Assembly (NCBI GenBank): GCA_964654015.1
Contig: CAZZHQ010000001.1
Span: forward strand, 6,455 to 70,454
DNA: 64,000 nt
Reading direction: 5' to 3'
From: an uncultured Dehalococcoidales bacterium
Lineage (GTDB): Bacteria; Chloroflexota; Dehalococcoidia; GIF9; AB-539-J10
Each line of letters opens with the position of its first letter. Positions within the stretch are counted from its first letter, which is position 1. Below are positions 9,292 to 18,946 of the stretch, piece after piece. The notes beneath the pieces are model-generated. The model was not told the DNA's origin and did no database searches. It saw nothing but the letters and a program-made list of their open reading frames with translations. The position numbers and the translations under genes are program-made.

Positions 9292-10179
9292 ATGAATATT
9301 AATGAAATTAAAGGTGTAATACCGCCGGCGACTACGCCTTTTGATAAATCAGGTAATATAGATTTTGGAGCAATTAAAAGTCAAATAGACTGGCTTTGTA
9401 GTTTTAATATTGGTGCTATCGCTGTAGGTGGATCAACTGGTGAAGGCCACACTTTAAATAGAGAAGAATACAAAAATTTAATTTCAGAAGCTGTGAACTG
9501 TACTAAACAAAATATTCCTATTATAGCTGGAGTAATAACTGATAGCACTCAAGAATCAATACTGAGAGGCAACTTAGTAAAAGACATGGGCGTAGCTGCC
9601 CTACAAGTTACACCTGTGCATTATTTATTTAGACCAGATGATGAGGCTATGGTTCAGCACTTTAAAAGTTTAGCAGATGGTACGGGCTTACCTATTATTA
9701 TTTATAATGTAATTCCCTGGACTTATTTATCACCTCAATTACTTGTTAGAATTATGGACGAAGTACCTTTAGTAGTTGGTGTCAAACAAAGTGCAGGGGA
9801 TATGAAACTATTTGCAGATTTAATGATAATGGCAAAGCCAGAGTATCAAATTTATAGTGCTGTAGATGCCTTGCTGTATTCATCTTATACTCTTGGTGCG
9901 TATGGGTCTATAGCCGCAATTTTGACCGCTGCGCCTGGGCCTTCGGTTGATTTATGGGATGCTGTTAAAAATGGTGATCATAATGTTGCCAGAAATTTAC
10001 ATGAGAAATTACTAAGGTTATGGAATGCAATGCCTCATGAAAATTTACCAGCATGTGTAAAATATGCACAAAAAATACAGGGGGTTAATTCAGGTTTTTC
10101 TCGTGAACCAATGCCAATGCCTAGTAAAAATGTTCAACTTGAAATTGGAAAAGCATTATTAGGGTTAGGTATTTCATAA
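9292..10179 (+). CDS. dihydrodipicolinate synthase/N-acetylneuraminate lyase family protein
   Basis: GGSTGEGHTL motif and VGVKQS Schiff-base lysine region. GGGAGG SD 5 nt upstream of the ATG at 9292. Very AT-rich relative to its neighbours. Confidence 0.8.
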   Translation: MNINEIKGVIPPATTPFDKSGNIDFGAIKSQIDWLCSFNIGAIAVGGSTGEGHTLNREEYKNLISEAVNCTKQNIPIIAGVITDSTQESILRGNLVKDMGVAALQVTPVHYLFRPDDEAMVQHFKSLADGTGLPIIIYNVIPWTYLSPQLLVRIMDEVPLVVGVKQSAGDMKLFADLMIMAKPEYQIYSAVDALLYSSYTLGAYGSIAAILTAAPGPSVDLWDAVKNGDHNVARNLHEKLLRLWNAMPHENLPACVKYAQKIQGVNSGFSREPMPMPSKNVQLEIGKALLGLGIS

Positions 10180-10287
10180 TTTTTAAATATTTTATTTAAA
10201 AAATATTAGGATCAATGTTATCAAAAATTATATTAAAACATAAAGGATTATATTGATGGGAAATAATAAATTTAAGGGATGCTGGCC

Positions 10288-10334
10288 TAATGGATTTCAG
10301 CGCAGTGAGAAGTAATTGGTTTAACAGGACAGAT
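10288..10334. repeat. perfect 47-nt direct repeat, right copy
   Basis: Identical to 9000-9046, with a spacing of 1288 bp. Confidence 0.95.
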
Positions 10335-11664
10335 AAGCCAGGTAGTTGATAGCTCTCCCACCCGCCAGGTATGGTCGTCGCAACGTGCCTACGTACTGGC
10401 CTCAATAGCCGGAGTAGTTGGATTGGGAAACCTGTGGCGTTTCCCCTACATGGCAGGGCAGAACGGCGGAGGCAATTTTGTGCTGGCTTATATAATTTGC
10501 ATCATTGCCCTTGGTATCCCGCTATATGTTCTTGAGGCCAGCGCAGGCAAATTTGCCAGCAGAGGGGCGGTTGGACTTTTTCGTCTTATCAACAAGCGAT
10601 GGGGCCCATAGCTGGGTTGGTTCCTGGTTCTGCTGACTATATCCATCATGAGCTACTACCTTGTCGTCAGTGGCTGGACGCTTGGCTATGCAGTGGATGC
10701 CCTACGTCTTGACTTGAAAACGTTCGATGAGTTCACCAGTGGCTATAACACCCTGTGGCTCTTCCTGGCAACGGCCGTTCTTACAGGTATTATGATTTCA
10801 CGTGGTCTCAGTGGACTCGAACGATTGAGCAGAGTACTGCTACCCATGCTTGTATTAATTGTCGGTGGACTCGCTATTTACGCGCAAACCCTGCCCGGCG
10901 CGATACAAGCTCGCAGCTTCTATTTTTCGTTTGACCCGGCAGGGCTACTGGAGCCCAATATCTGGCGGATGGCGGCAGGGCAAGCTTTCTATTCACTGGC
11001 TATCGGCCAGGGATTCCTCATGGTCTACGGAAGCTATTCACCTAAGGAATTTAATATCGTCAGCTCATCCACGGCTGTTGCGCTGACAAATTCGGTAATC
11101 TCAATCACCGCCGGCCTGATGGTGTTCCCAATTGCCTTCACTTTCGGCATCGCCCCTGATACGGGAAGCCAGCTTTCCTTCACCGCCTTCCCTAGGATAT
11201 TTGACGAACTTGCCGGAGGCCAGTTCATGGGCATTGGCTTCTATGTCCTGCTGTTTATAGCAGCTTTCACTTCATGCGTCGGCGGACTGTCTGTAGCGCT
11301 GGCGTCTATCCGCGACGAGTTCCGCTTGTCCCAAAAAAAGGCAGCTCTTATCGTATTCGCTATTGCTACTGCCCTGGGCGTCCCCTCAGCCCTGAGCTTC
11401 ACCAGCATGGAACTTTCCGTTAACGGAAAGCCATTCCTGGATGTAATGGACCAGCTAACCGGTTCCGGGGTGGTAATTGTCGCCGGCATTGCTGGCGCCT
11501 GCCTGATCGCCTGGAAGCTACCCACACCAAAACTTCTTGATGCTATCAATGCTCCCACGCGACGACTTGGACCACTTTCGTTTTCTCCTCGGTGGATAAT
11601 ACAAGTAGGTCGCTATCTGCCGGCAGCGGCTGTGATACTGCTGGTTGTCACTTACCTGTTTTAA
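10306..11664 (+). pseudogene. sodium-dependent NSS/SNF-family transporter interrupted by a single in-frame TAG
   Basis: GLGNLWRFPYMAGQNGGG is the NSS signature. Track ORFs 10423-10611 and 10648-11664 share one frame, separated only by TAG at 10609-10611 (..NKRWGP*LGWFLVLL..). The start is uncertain; GTG at 10306 lies inside the repeat. Confidence 0.75.
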
Positions 11665-11750
11665 TCAACTATCTCCCGCGCCTCCGTGAAGTTTGCTATA
11701 GTCAAAGACTGTTCACTCTTTTTCACGTGATGATACAATAGCAACCGAAA

Positions 11751-12299
11751 ATGACATCATCAGAAGAAAAGGAAACAGGGGGAGTTGCTATAATCACTGT
11801 CCGACGGGAAGTTTCCGAAGACATTGAAGCTATTCGCGCTGTAAATAAGCAGGCCTTTGAGCAGGACAATGAGGCTACCATTATTGAAAAGCTTCGAAAT
11901 CGCGGTGCCCTCATGCTCTCTCTGGTTGCCCTCCGGCAAGGTCAACTTGTGGGGCATATCGCCTTCAGCACAGTTATTATAGGAGCTGTCGCATCGAGCT
12001 TCGAGGCGGTCGCCCTCGCTCCGATGGCTGTGCTTCCTTCTTACCAGCGCCAGGGGATCGGCTCTCAACTGGTTCGGACAGGCCTCAAGGAATGCCATCA
12101 TCTTGGTCATCATATAGTAGTCGTTCTGGGACACCCCACTTTTTATCCCCGTTTTGGCTTTGTTCCTGCCAAGGCGAAAGGCATCAACTGTGAATTCGAT
12201 GTTCCAGAAGAGGCATGGATGATTACTGAGCTACGAGCAGGAGCACTGGCGGGCAGAGCTGGTACAGTCAAATTCCAGTCAGAGTTTCTTGATGCCTGA
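11751..12299 (+). CDS. GNAT family N-acetyltransferase
   Basis: 182 aa with a QRQGIGSQLV acetyl-CoA motif and YhbS-like architecture. Confidence 0.8.
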   Translation: MTSSEEKETGGVAIITVRREVSEDIEAIRAVNKQAFEQDNEATIIEKLRNRGALMLSLVALRQGQLVGHIAFSTVIIGAVASSFEAVALAPMAVLPSYQRQGIGSQLVRTGLKECHHLGHHIVVVLGHPTFYPRFGFVPAKAKGINCEFDVPEEAWMITELRAGALAGRAGTVKFQSEFLDA

Positions 12300-12428
12300 A
12301 GAGAAAGCCACCAAAAAGTGAAGGAAGCTCGCAATAACGGATTCGCCATCAATGAGATCTGGAGGCGAGTAACTTTATTCGCGGTATTGTTATTCTAACA
12401 GGCAAATATTTACAATTAGAGTGCGGGG

Positions 12429-13031
12429 TCAGTCAGTAAAAACATAGCTGCCCTTCTTCAGGTAAGAGTAGAAGGTGAGCGCGGTAGAGATAATCGCAAG
12501 ATACATCATCACAGCAAGAAGAATATCCGGACCGATACCTAAAATAGCTATGATAAGTGGCGCCATCCAAAACCAGAAATTAACCTTGGCTATCCCCGTG
12601 GGAGTGGGGAACTCAAATACTCGACTACGGCGCTTCCAAAGATAGGTGACTACACCAGCTATTACCATGACTCCTCCGGCGAGTGCCGGTACCGCATAGG
12701 GATAAGGATTCAACGGCATCAGGGCATCTGCCCTTGAAAACAAGCCTGTAGCTATAGCCATTATTAAAGTTGGCATGAAAAGTATTTCATCAGCAACCAG
12801 GTCAAACAGCGAACCCGCCAAGCTTGATTGTCCTAACTTGCGAGCCAAGAAACCATCAAGCCAATCAGTAAGCGCGGCAATAATGAGAAGAATACCCGCT
12901 GTGTGAATTTCAGTTTCGCCGCCTGCATACAAGAGCCAGACAATTATTATAGCCATAACGACACGCACTGCGGTGATAGTATTGGGTACATTAAAGGCTA
13001 ATTTTACTTCTTGTTCTAACGGCTTGTTCAT
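12429..13031 (-). CDS. CDP-alcohol phosphatidyltransferase family protein
   Basis: DWLDGFLARKLGQSSLAGSLFDLVADE fits D(x)2DG(x)2AR(x)8G(x)3D(x)3D. Multi-TM protein. Confidence 0.85.
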   Translation of the reverse strand: MNKPLEQEVKLAFNVPNTITAVRVVMAIIIVWLLYAGGETEIHTAGILLIIAALTDWLDGFLARKLGQSSLAGSLFDLVADEILFMPTLIMAIATGLFSRADALMPLNPYPYAVPALAGGVMVIAGVVTYLWKRRSRVFEFPTPTGIAKVNFWFWMAPLIIAILGIGPDILLAVMMYLAIISTALTFYSYLKKGSYVFTD

Positions 13032-13055
13032 TTACTGCAATACTCCAATATTATT

Positions 13056-13961
13056 CTATTTTTTCTTAGCTGCTGGATTCCGGAATTCGCAAGGGACTTT
13101 CGTCTGGCAAAGCCCACAGCCAGCTACGCTGGTATCATTATTGTATCCCTCTTGCAATGCCTCTGTTGAGTAACCGAGAGTATCCCTCAGGTAAGCATGA
13201 CATTTTATCTTATCATGTCCCTTCTCTGTAATAGCTCCGGCCGGGCAACGTTCTATGCAGGCAATGCAGCTACCGTCCAGATAAAACAAACAGTTTGAAT
13301 ATGGCCCTTCGGCCGTCCTGGGACTTACGGGCAGTACCAGGTCAGTAACCACACTGCCACAACGGTGAGCAATTCCACGCTCAGTAATAAAGCCATCTGA
13401 AAGGCTGAAAGTGCCAAGCCCGGCGGCAAATGCCACGTGTCGTTCCGACCAATTTGAGTAAGGGCCCTTTTCATTGTTAAATATCTCAAAATAAGGCTGT
13501 AAAAATGGCGCCACTGCCAGATATCCCATAGTAGTGAGGAGTTCTACCATATGTGTACGCAATACCACATTGAATTTCTCCCCATAATAACGGGTGTGAG
13601 ACCAAAGACGGCTGGGAACGCGTGACTCGGCACGATTAGTTTTACGAGTTTCTTCCACGGCAGGTAAAATCCAGCTTATTACCGAAAGTCTTTCCGGTAA
13701 TTCTTCCGGATTTTTCTTATAGGTTTTAGCAAGTGCCTCTCGAGGAGTAAGGTAAGTGGAAGCGATAATGGTTTTGTATTCAGCGAAGATAGGGTCGTTA
13801 CCATCAGCAAACTGTACCAGCGGTTCGTCCCACATAACATAATCATCTATAAACGACAGACGATTAGCCTGACTCGTCCGTACAAATTCTTTGATTTCCC
13901 GCGCAATAAACTGAGCCGGATCGTTTTGAAGTCTTTTTTTCATCTCTACTGACTGTTCCAC
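13056..13961 (-). CDS. 4Fe-4S protein, epoxyqueuosine reductase (QueG)/RdhA-like family
   Basis: Cluster motifs CIACIERCP and CGLCQTKVPC near the C-terminus, with QueG-like overall length. No TAT signal. Confidence 0.55.
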   Translation of the reverse strand: MEQSVEMKKRLQNDPAQFIAREIKEFVRTSQANRLSFIDDYVMWDEPLVQFADGNDPIFAEYKTIIASTYLTPREALAKTYKKNPEELPERLSVISWILPAVEETRKTNRAESRVPSRLWSHTRYYGEKFNVVLRTHMVELLTTMGYLAVAPFLQPYFEIFNNEKGPYSNWSERHVAFAAGLGTFSLSDGFITERGIAHRCGSVVTDLVLPVSPRTAEGPYSNCLFYLDGSCIACIERCPAGAITEKGHDKIKCHAYLRDTLGYSTEALQEGYNNDTSVAGCGLCQTKVPCEFRNPAAKKK

Positions 13962-14123
13962 GTATTCTCGCTCCTGTTTCTTTTTATATATAGTTTATTG
14001 CCGAAACTAACCCGTAAGTGGGGATTGCAGCACTTATTAGGTTAGCATTGCACCATTTTGAACCTGTACCCTTTCCCGGACAAGTTTTACAGAGCTATGT
14101 CAGTGGACATTAAAAAATATAAC

Positions 14124-15239
14124 TCATTTACTACGTCTTAAAATGGTCCGCCGGCCATTGTATCTTTCAATATCATACTCGGTTTCTATATCTACCAAAC
14201 AGGGATTCCCCAGTGCGTCTTCAATCGGGATGGCGGTAATCTTGCCATGTCTATACGATACCATTTTCCCAAAGTCTTTCATGACGACCAAATCAACAGC
14301 GGCAATACCGAAATACCTCCCCATTCGGCGATCATAAGCACAGGGAACTCCACCCCGTTGCAGATGGCTCAGAACCATGCTTCGCGTCTCTTGCCCTGTC
14401 CCTTCATGAATTGCCCTGGCTACAAATTCTGCAACTCCACTCAAAGCTTTATGACCGAAACTATCTACGCTTCCATTTCTGACAAACTCGATTCCGCCCA
14501 CTGGTTTAGCTCCTTCAGCTACGATTATAATATCATATCTGGTACCGGACCTTCTTCCCTCTAAAACCAGCTCATTCACTTTTTCTATAGAAAAATCGTA
14601 TTCAGGAATTAATATGATATAGGCACCGCTGGACGCTCCTCCTTCCAGAGCTAGCCATCCGCTATTTCTACCCATTGTCTCCACAACAAATGTTCTCTGG
14701 TGAGAACCGGCTGTAGTTCTCAGCCTATCCACTCCCTCCACGATAACGTTCATGGCAGTTTCAAACCCCAAAGTGTAATCAGTTCCAGGAAGGTCTTTAT
14801 CAATCGTCTTGGGAATACAAACAATGTTTATTCCTTCTTTGGCTAACTTGAAAGCGACCCCCAGGGTATCATCGCCACCAATGACTATCAGTGTGTGCAG
14901 TCCCAGCTTTTCCAAGTTCTCAATTAGCACTTTCGACCGGTCGTTGTGAGGATCGTAGGGGTTTGTTCGAGAAGTCCCTAAATTGGTTCCGCCGTATCTA
15001 TCCCACGTCCGAACTTGTGCCTCACTCAAGGGCACGATGTATTCCTGGGCATCTGGACCTGTCAGGTTAATATTTATCAGTCCCTGCCACCCATTTCGAA
15101 TCCCAACAACCTCGTATTGTATGTTTCTTTCTGAGGCAAGCTGTTTATCTAGAGCAGTTTTAACAATCCATTTGATGGCTGGGTTGATGCCCGCACAGTC
15201 ACCACCACCAGTGAGAACGCCGATTCTCTGTTTGTTCAT
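14124..15239 (-). CDS. pfk: 6-phosphofructokinase, probably PPi-dependent
   Basis: GVLTGGGDCAGINPAI, IGGDDT, PKTIDKDL and MGR motifs. Asp in GGDD and Lys in PKTID sit at positions that are Gly/Gly in ATP-dependent PfkA. Confidence 0.85.
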   Translation of the reverse strand: MNKQRIGVLTGGGDCAGINPAIKWIVKTALDKQLASERNIQYEVVGIRNGWQGLININLTGPDAQEYIVPLSEAQVRTWDRYGGTNLGTSRTNPYDPHNDRSKVLIENLEKLGLHTLIVIGGDDTLGVAFKLAKEGINIVCIPKTIDKDLPGTDYTLGFETAMNVIVEGVDRLRTTAGSHQRTFVVETMGRNSGWLALEGGASSGAYIILIPEYDFSIEKVNELVLEGRRSGTRYDIIIVAEGAKPVGGIEFVRNGSVDSFGHKALSGVAEFVARAIHEGTGQETRSMVLSHLQRGGVPCAYDRRMGRYFGIAAVDLVVMKDFGKMVSYRHGKITAIPIEDALGNPCLVDIETEYDIERYNGRRTILRRSK

Positions 15240-15467
15240 GTTACCCCCCCCTTAATTAGCATTATTCCTATATATTACCTTAGTGATAGCTTTTTCTGTA
15301 GTTGCTATAATGCTGGAAAGATTATAGATTAAAGGTACAGAGGCTGAGATACATAGGGTAACACTCGTGGTATGTTATAGTAAGATAAGATAGGAGAAGA
15401 ACAAGCTAAGGAAATAGCCGGTATCTGAGGATTGGGAGAAAAGTCTTTATGGAGAATATGTATCACC

Positions 15468-16733
15468 ATGAAATACGAAATTGATGCCTTAATAGAAAAC
15501 GCCGTCTTTGCTGACGATGACAGTGCCAGAAAAGGGTACCAGCAGGAAATTCAAAAACTGGCCCTTGATCATGGTGTCTATCCTGCCAGCATCCAGGGCC
15601 TGTATAGCGCCGCCGGGAAAGGACTCTACAGCGGCAGGACGGTCCCTGCTATAAATATCCGTGGTATTACCTATCAGGTTGCGAGGGCTATCTTCAAAAC
15701 AGCTTTAAAAAATAAGGTCGGTGCTTTTATCTTTGAGATTGCACGCTCTGAGATAAGATATACTGCACAGAGTCCAAGTGAATATACCGCCTGCGTGTTA
15801 GCTGCTGCTATAAAGGAAGGGTTTCAGGGCCCAGTTTTCCTTCAAGGGGACCATTTTCAGGTTAACCAGAAAAGATATAGCTCAGGACCGGACAAGGAAC
15901 TGAAGGCCCTTAAAGAGCTGACCAAGGAGGCAATAGCTGCCGGGTTTTTTAACATAGACATAGATGCATCGACTTTAGTGGACCTGGAGAAGCAGACGCT
16001 CGAGGAGCAGCAGGAGGAAAACTGCCTAATAACTGCCGATATGACCAACTTAATACGAAAATTTGAACCCGAAGGAACAACCATTTCTATCGGTGGTGAG
16101 ATTGGTGAAGTTGGTAAAAGCAACAGCACCGTTGCTGACCTCAGGGCCTTTTTAGATGGCTATCTGCGTCGGTTAGAACCAAACGCCAAAGGAATCTCAA
16201 AAATTAGTGTACAAACCGGAACGAGTCATGGAGGCACAGTACTACCCAATGGCTCAGTAGCCAGCGTAAAGGTTGATTTCAAGACCCTGGAGGAGATATC
16301 CAGGGTAGCACGGGAGGAATACGGCTTAGCTGGTGCCGTACAACATGGCGCCTCTACTCTACCTGATGAAGCGTTTGATTTATTCCCGAAATCTGAAGCG
16401 ATAGAAGTGCATCTGGCCACCGGGTTTCAAAACCTTATCTATGATAGCTCCTACTTCCCGAGGGAACTGTTGGATAAAATCAATAAACACCTGATAGATA
16501 AGTATGCCGGCGAAAAATTGCCAGGAGATACCAAAGACCAGTTCCTGTATAAAACCAGAAAGAAGGGATTCGGTGACTTCAAGAAGGAGATGTGGCATAT
16601 GCCGGAAGAGAATTTAACGGCAATACGGGCTGCGCTGGAAGAACGTTTTATTTTACTTTTCCAGAAGTTGGGCGTGGTAGATACGGTGGGGTTAGTTAAC
16701 CAGTTTGTGGTTCAACCATCTCAATTGAAATAG
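15468..16733 (+). CDS. fba: class II fructose-bisphosphate aldolase (long form)
   Basis: PAINIRG, GDHFQ, GTSHGG and VQHGAST correspond to the class II FBA metal and substrate motifs. ATG at 15468 preferred over the TTG at 15432. Confidence 0.7.
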   Translation: MKYEIDALIENAVFADDDSARKGYQQEIQKLALDHGVYPASIQGLYSAAGKGLYSGRTVPAINIRGITYQVARAIFKTALKNKVGAFIFEIARSEIRYTAQSPSEYTACVLAAAIKEGFQGPVFLQGDHFQVNQKRYSSGPDKELKALKELTKEAIAAGFFNIDIDASTLVDLEKQTLEEQQEENCLITADMTNLIRKFEPEGTTISIGGEIGEVGKSNSTVADLRAFLDGYLRRLEPNAKGISKISVQTGTSHGGTVLPNGSVASVKVDFKTLEEISRVAREEYGLAGAVQHGASTLPDEAFDLFPKSEAIEVHLATGFQNLIYDSSYFPRELLDKINKHLIDKYAGEKLPGDTKDQFLYKTRKKGFGDFKKEMWHMPEENLTAIRAALEERFILLFQKLGVVDTVGLVNQFVVQPSQLK

Positions 16734-16758
16734 GCTGAGCTTAATTATTTTCCTTCAT

Positions 16759-17760
16759 TTAATGGAGTTCAAAGGGACTGAGTTTATCAAGCTTATTAAA
16801 GTTGTGCCAGGTATCTATCCAGCGGACGGTGCCAGAACTGGAGCGCATTGCAATAGACTGAGTCCGTGCGCCCCCACTAAAATAACTTACTCCCTTCAAT
16901 AATTCGCCGCTACTAACCCCGGTGGCAGTAAAATACACATCATCACAATCAATAAGGTCCTCTGTTTTATAAACCTTATCAACGTCAACTCCAGCTGCTA
17001 TTGCAAGCTCTCTTTCGTTGTCATCACGAGGCCAAGCCTTACATTGAAGACCACCCCCAATGCAGTGTATCGCCGCAGCGGAAAGGACTCCCTCAGACGT
17101 ACCACCGATACCCATAAGCACATCAACCCCTCTACCAGGAAGAGCTGCCTCTATGCTGGCTACAACATCACCATCAGAAATTAATTTAACCCTGGCACCA
17201 GCATTTCTAATATCCGTTAATAACTGCTCGTGGCGCGGCCTGTCTAAAACCACCACGGTAAGCTCTTCAATCTTTCTTCTCATGGCTCTGGCTATGTTCT
17301 TTAGATTTTCCGCCACTGGTGCGTTGATATCTATATAATCCTTTGCTTCCGGCCCGGTGATGATTTTATCCATATAAGCAAATTGTCCAGGGCAGTTTAT
17401 CGTCCCCTTAGTTGAAAGCGCTACTACGGAGATAGCTCCAGGAAGACCCCTGGAAACTAAGGTTGTCCCATCAATTGGGTCAACAGCAATATCAACCTGG
17501 AAACCAGAGCCATCACCAATATGCTCCCCTATATATAACATGGGGGCATGGTCTTTTTCCCCTTCGCCAATTATTACGGTCCCGTCTATCTGGATATGGC
17601 CCAAGACATAACGCATGGCAGCTACTGCCGCCTCGTCAACCAGGTTTTTATCGCCCTTCCCAAAATAACGGGCAGCAGCCATGGCCGCTGCTTCAGTGAC
17701 ACGAACTAGCTCTATAGCGATATTGCGTTCAATTGGCCCTTGATAATGCGTAGAATTCAT
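16759..17760 (-). CDS. glpX: class II fructose-1,6-bisphosphatase
   Basis: 333 aa with the GlpX N-terminus (ELVRVTEAAAMAAARYFGKGDKN), DPIDGT and GGTSEGV motifs. Confidence 0.9.
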   Translation of the reverse strand: MNSTHYQGPIERNIAIELVRVTEAAAMAAARYFGKGDKNLVDEAAVAAMRYVLGHIQIDGTVIIGEGEKDHAPMLYIGEHIGDGSGFQVDIAVDPIDGTTLVSRGLPGAISVVALSTKGTINCPGQFAYMDKIITGPEAKDYIDINAPVAENLKNIARAMRRKIEELTVVVLDRPRHEQLLTDIRNAGARVKLISDGDVVASIEAALPGRGVDVLMGIGGTSEGVLSAAAIHCIGGGLQCKAWPRDDNERELAIAAGVDVDKVYKTEDLIDCDDVYFTATGVSSGELLKGVSYFSGGARTQSIAMRSSSGTVRWIDTWHNFNKLDKLSPFELH

Positions 17761-17932
17761 ATTAATCCTTTCGCCTTTTTTAGAAAACTAAACGTATTTG
17801 TCATATTACTATCATGTTAATTTATATATACGACGGCGTCAACAACAAAATCAATCAACAACGCTAATGATCCCTGTTTTTTGCCAGTTAATTTTTCAGG
17901 ACATATGACCTGCCCAAGAAATAAAAGTAACA

Positions 17933-18754
17933 TTAAACACGATTTTCCACCGGCCAAAGTCTATGAGTTTGCGTTATACCACCGTCAACAACAAAATTAG
18001 CTGCTGTTACATATTTGGCTTCATCCGAAGCAAGATATAAGGCCATATAGGCAACGTCCCAGGCCTCTCCCTGATGACCGGTAGGACACATGGCATCACG
18101 CTTTCTATGTGCTTCATCAATGTCCTTGCCATAGGCCTGTTTCACCGACGCCTCAATCATCGGTGTCCTCATGTACCCGGGTAAAATGGCATTTGCCCGA
18201 ATCCCTTTCGCTGCATACTGAATCGCTATGTCCCGGGTTAGTCCAATAATGGCTGCCTTAGTTGTCTCATATGAAATGGCAGGAACAGGCATAGCGCGTA
18301 TGCCAGCAACGGAACTAATATTAATTATTGAACCGCTTCCTTGCCTCTCCATATACGGAAGTGCATATTTGCATGTCAAGAACATGCTTTTTACATTAAC
18401 ATCCTCAGCCCTGTCCCAATCTTCCTCACTGAGTTCAACCGGTCCGCCAAATATTGCGATACCCACATTATTATGTAAAATATCAACTTTCCCATATACT
18501 TCAATACATTTTTCTACCATACTTTTGCAATCACCGGACTTACTAACATCGGCTTCAAACGTAATACAGTCGCCGCCTTCTTGCTCAATTATCTTGACGG
18601 TCTCTTCAGCAGCATCAAGTCTATTATCAGCCACCATTACTTTAGCTCCCTCCCTGGCATAAACGATTGCCGCAGCTTTCCCGTTACCCATGCCAGGGCC
18701 AGCCGAACCGGCTCCAGTAACAATCGCTACTTTTCCTTCAACTCGTTTTCCCAT
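17933..18754 (-). CDS. SDR family oxidoreductase
   Basis: TGAGSAGPGMG (TGxxxGxG), NNVG and YETTKAA (YxxxK). Confidence 0.85.
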   Translation of the reverse strand: MGKRVEGKVAIVTGAGSAGPGMGNGKAAAIVYAREGAKVMVADNRLDAAEETVKIIEQEGGDCITFEADVSKSGDCKSMVEKCIEVYGKVDILHNNVGIAIFGGPVELSEEDWDRAEDVNVKSMFLTCKYALPYMERQGSGSIINISSVAGIRAMPVPAISYETTKAAIIGLTRDIAIQYAAKGIRANAILPGYMRTPMIEASVKQAYGKDIDEAHRKRDAMCPTGHQGEAWDVAYMALYLASDEAKYVTAANFVVDGGITQTHRLWPVENRV

Positions 18755-18946
18755 ATTTTCCCTCCTTACGTTTTTAGTAAAGCCCTGTCATTAGACAGAC
18801 ATGGTTAAAATTTTCTGGCAGGTTGAGGGTGCCTCAGTCTAACATTAATGCTGGGCTGTTTTTATTGAGGACTAGGTCAACTTGTAGTGGACATCCAGCA
18901 CACTACTTGATAATCTCACTACGGTTAATGATCTTTGCCTCTACCT

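Noticed and set aside
10609-10611. Pyrrolysine decoding of the in-frame TAG
   Set aside because: No pylT/pylS/pylBCD genes and no MttB/MtbB/MtmB-type gene are in the window, and the corrinoid system here is UroD-type. It is kept only as a remote possibility within the TAG finding.
13056-13961. Reductive dehalogenase (RdhA) call
   Set aside because: The protein has two Fe-S motifs and QueG/RdhA-like features. It is only 301 aa, lacks a TAT signal, and has no adjacent rdhB anchor gene, so a QueG-like epoxyqueuosine-reductase family assignment is safer.
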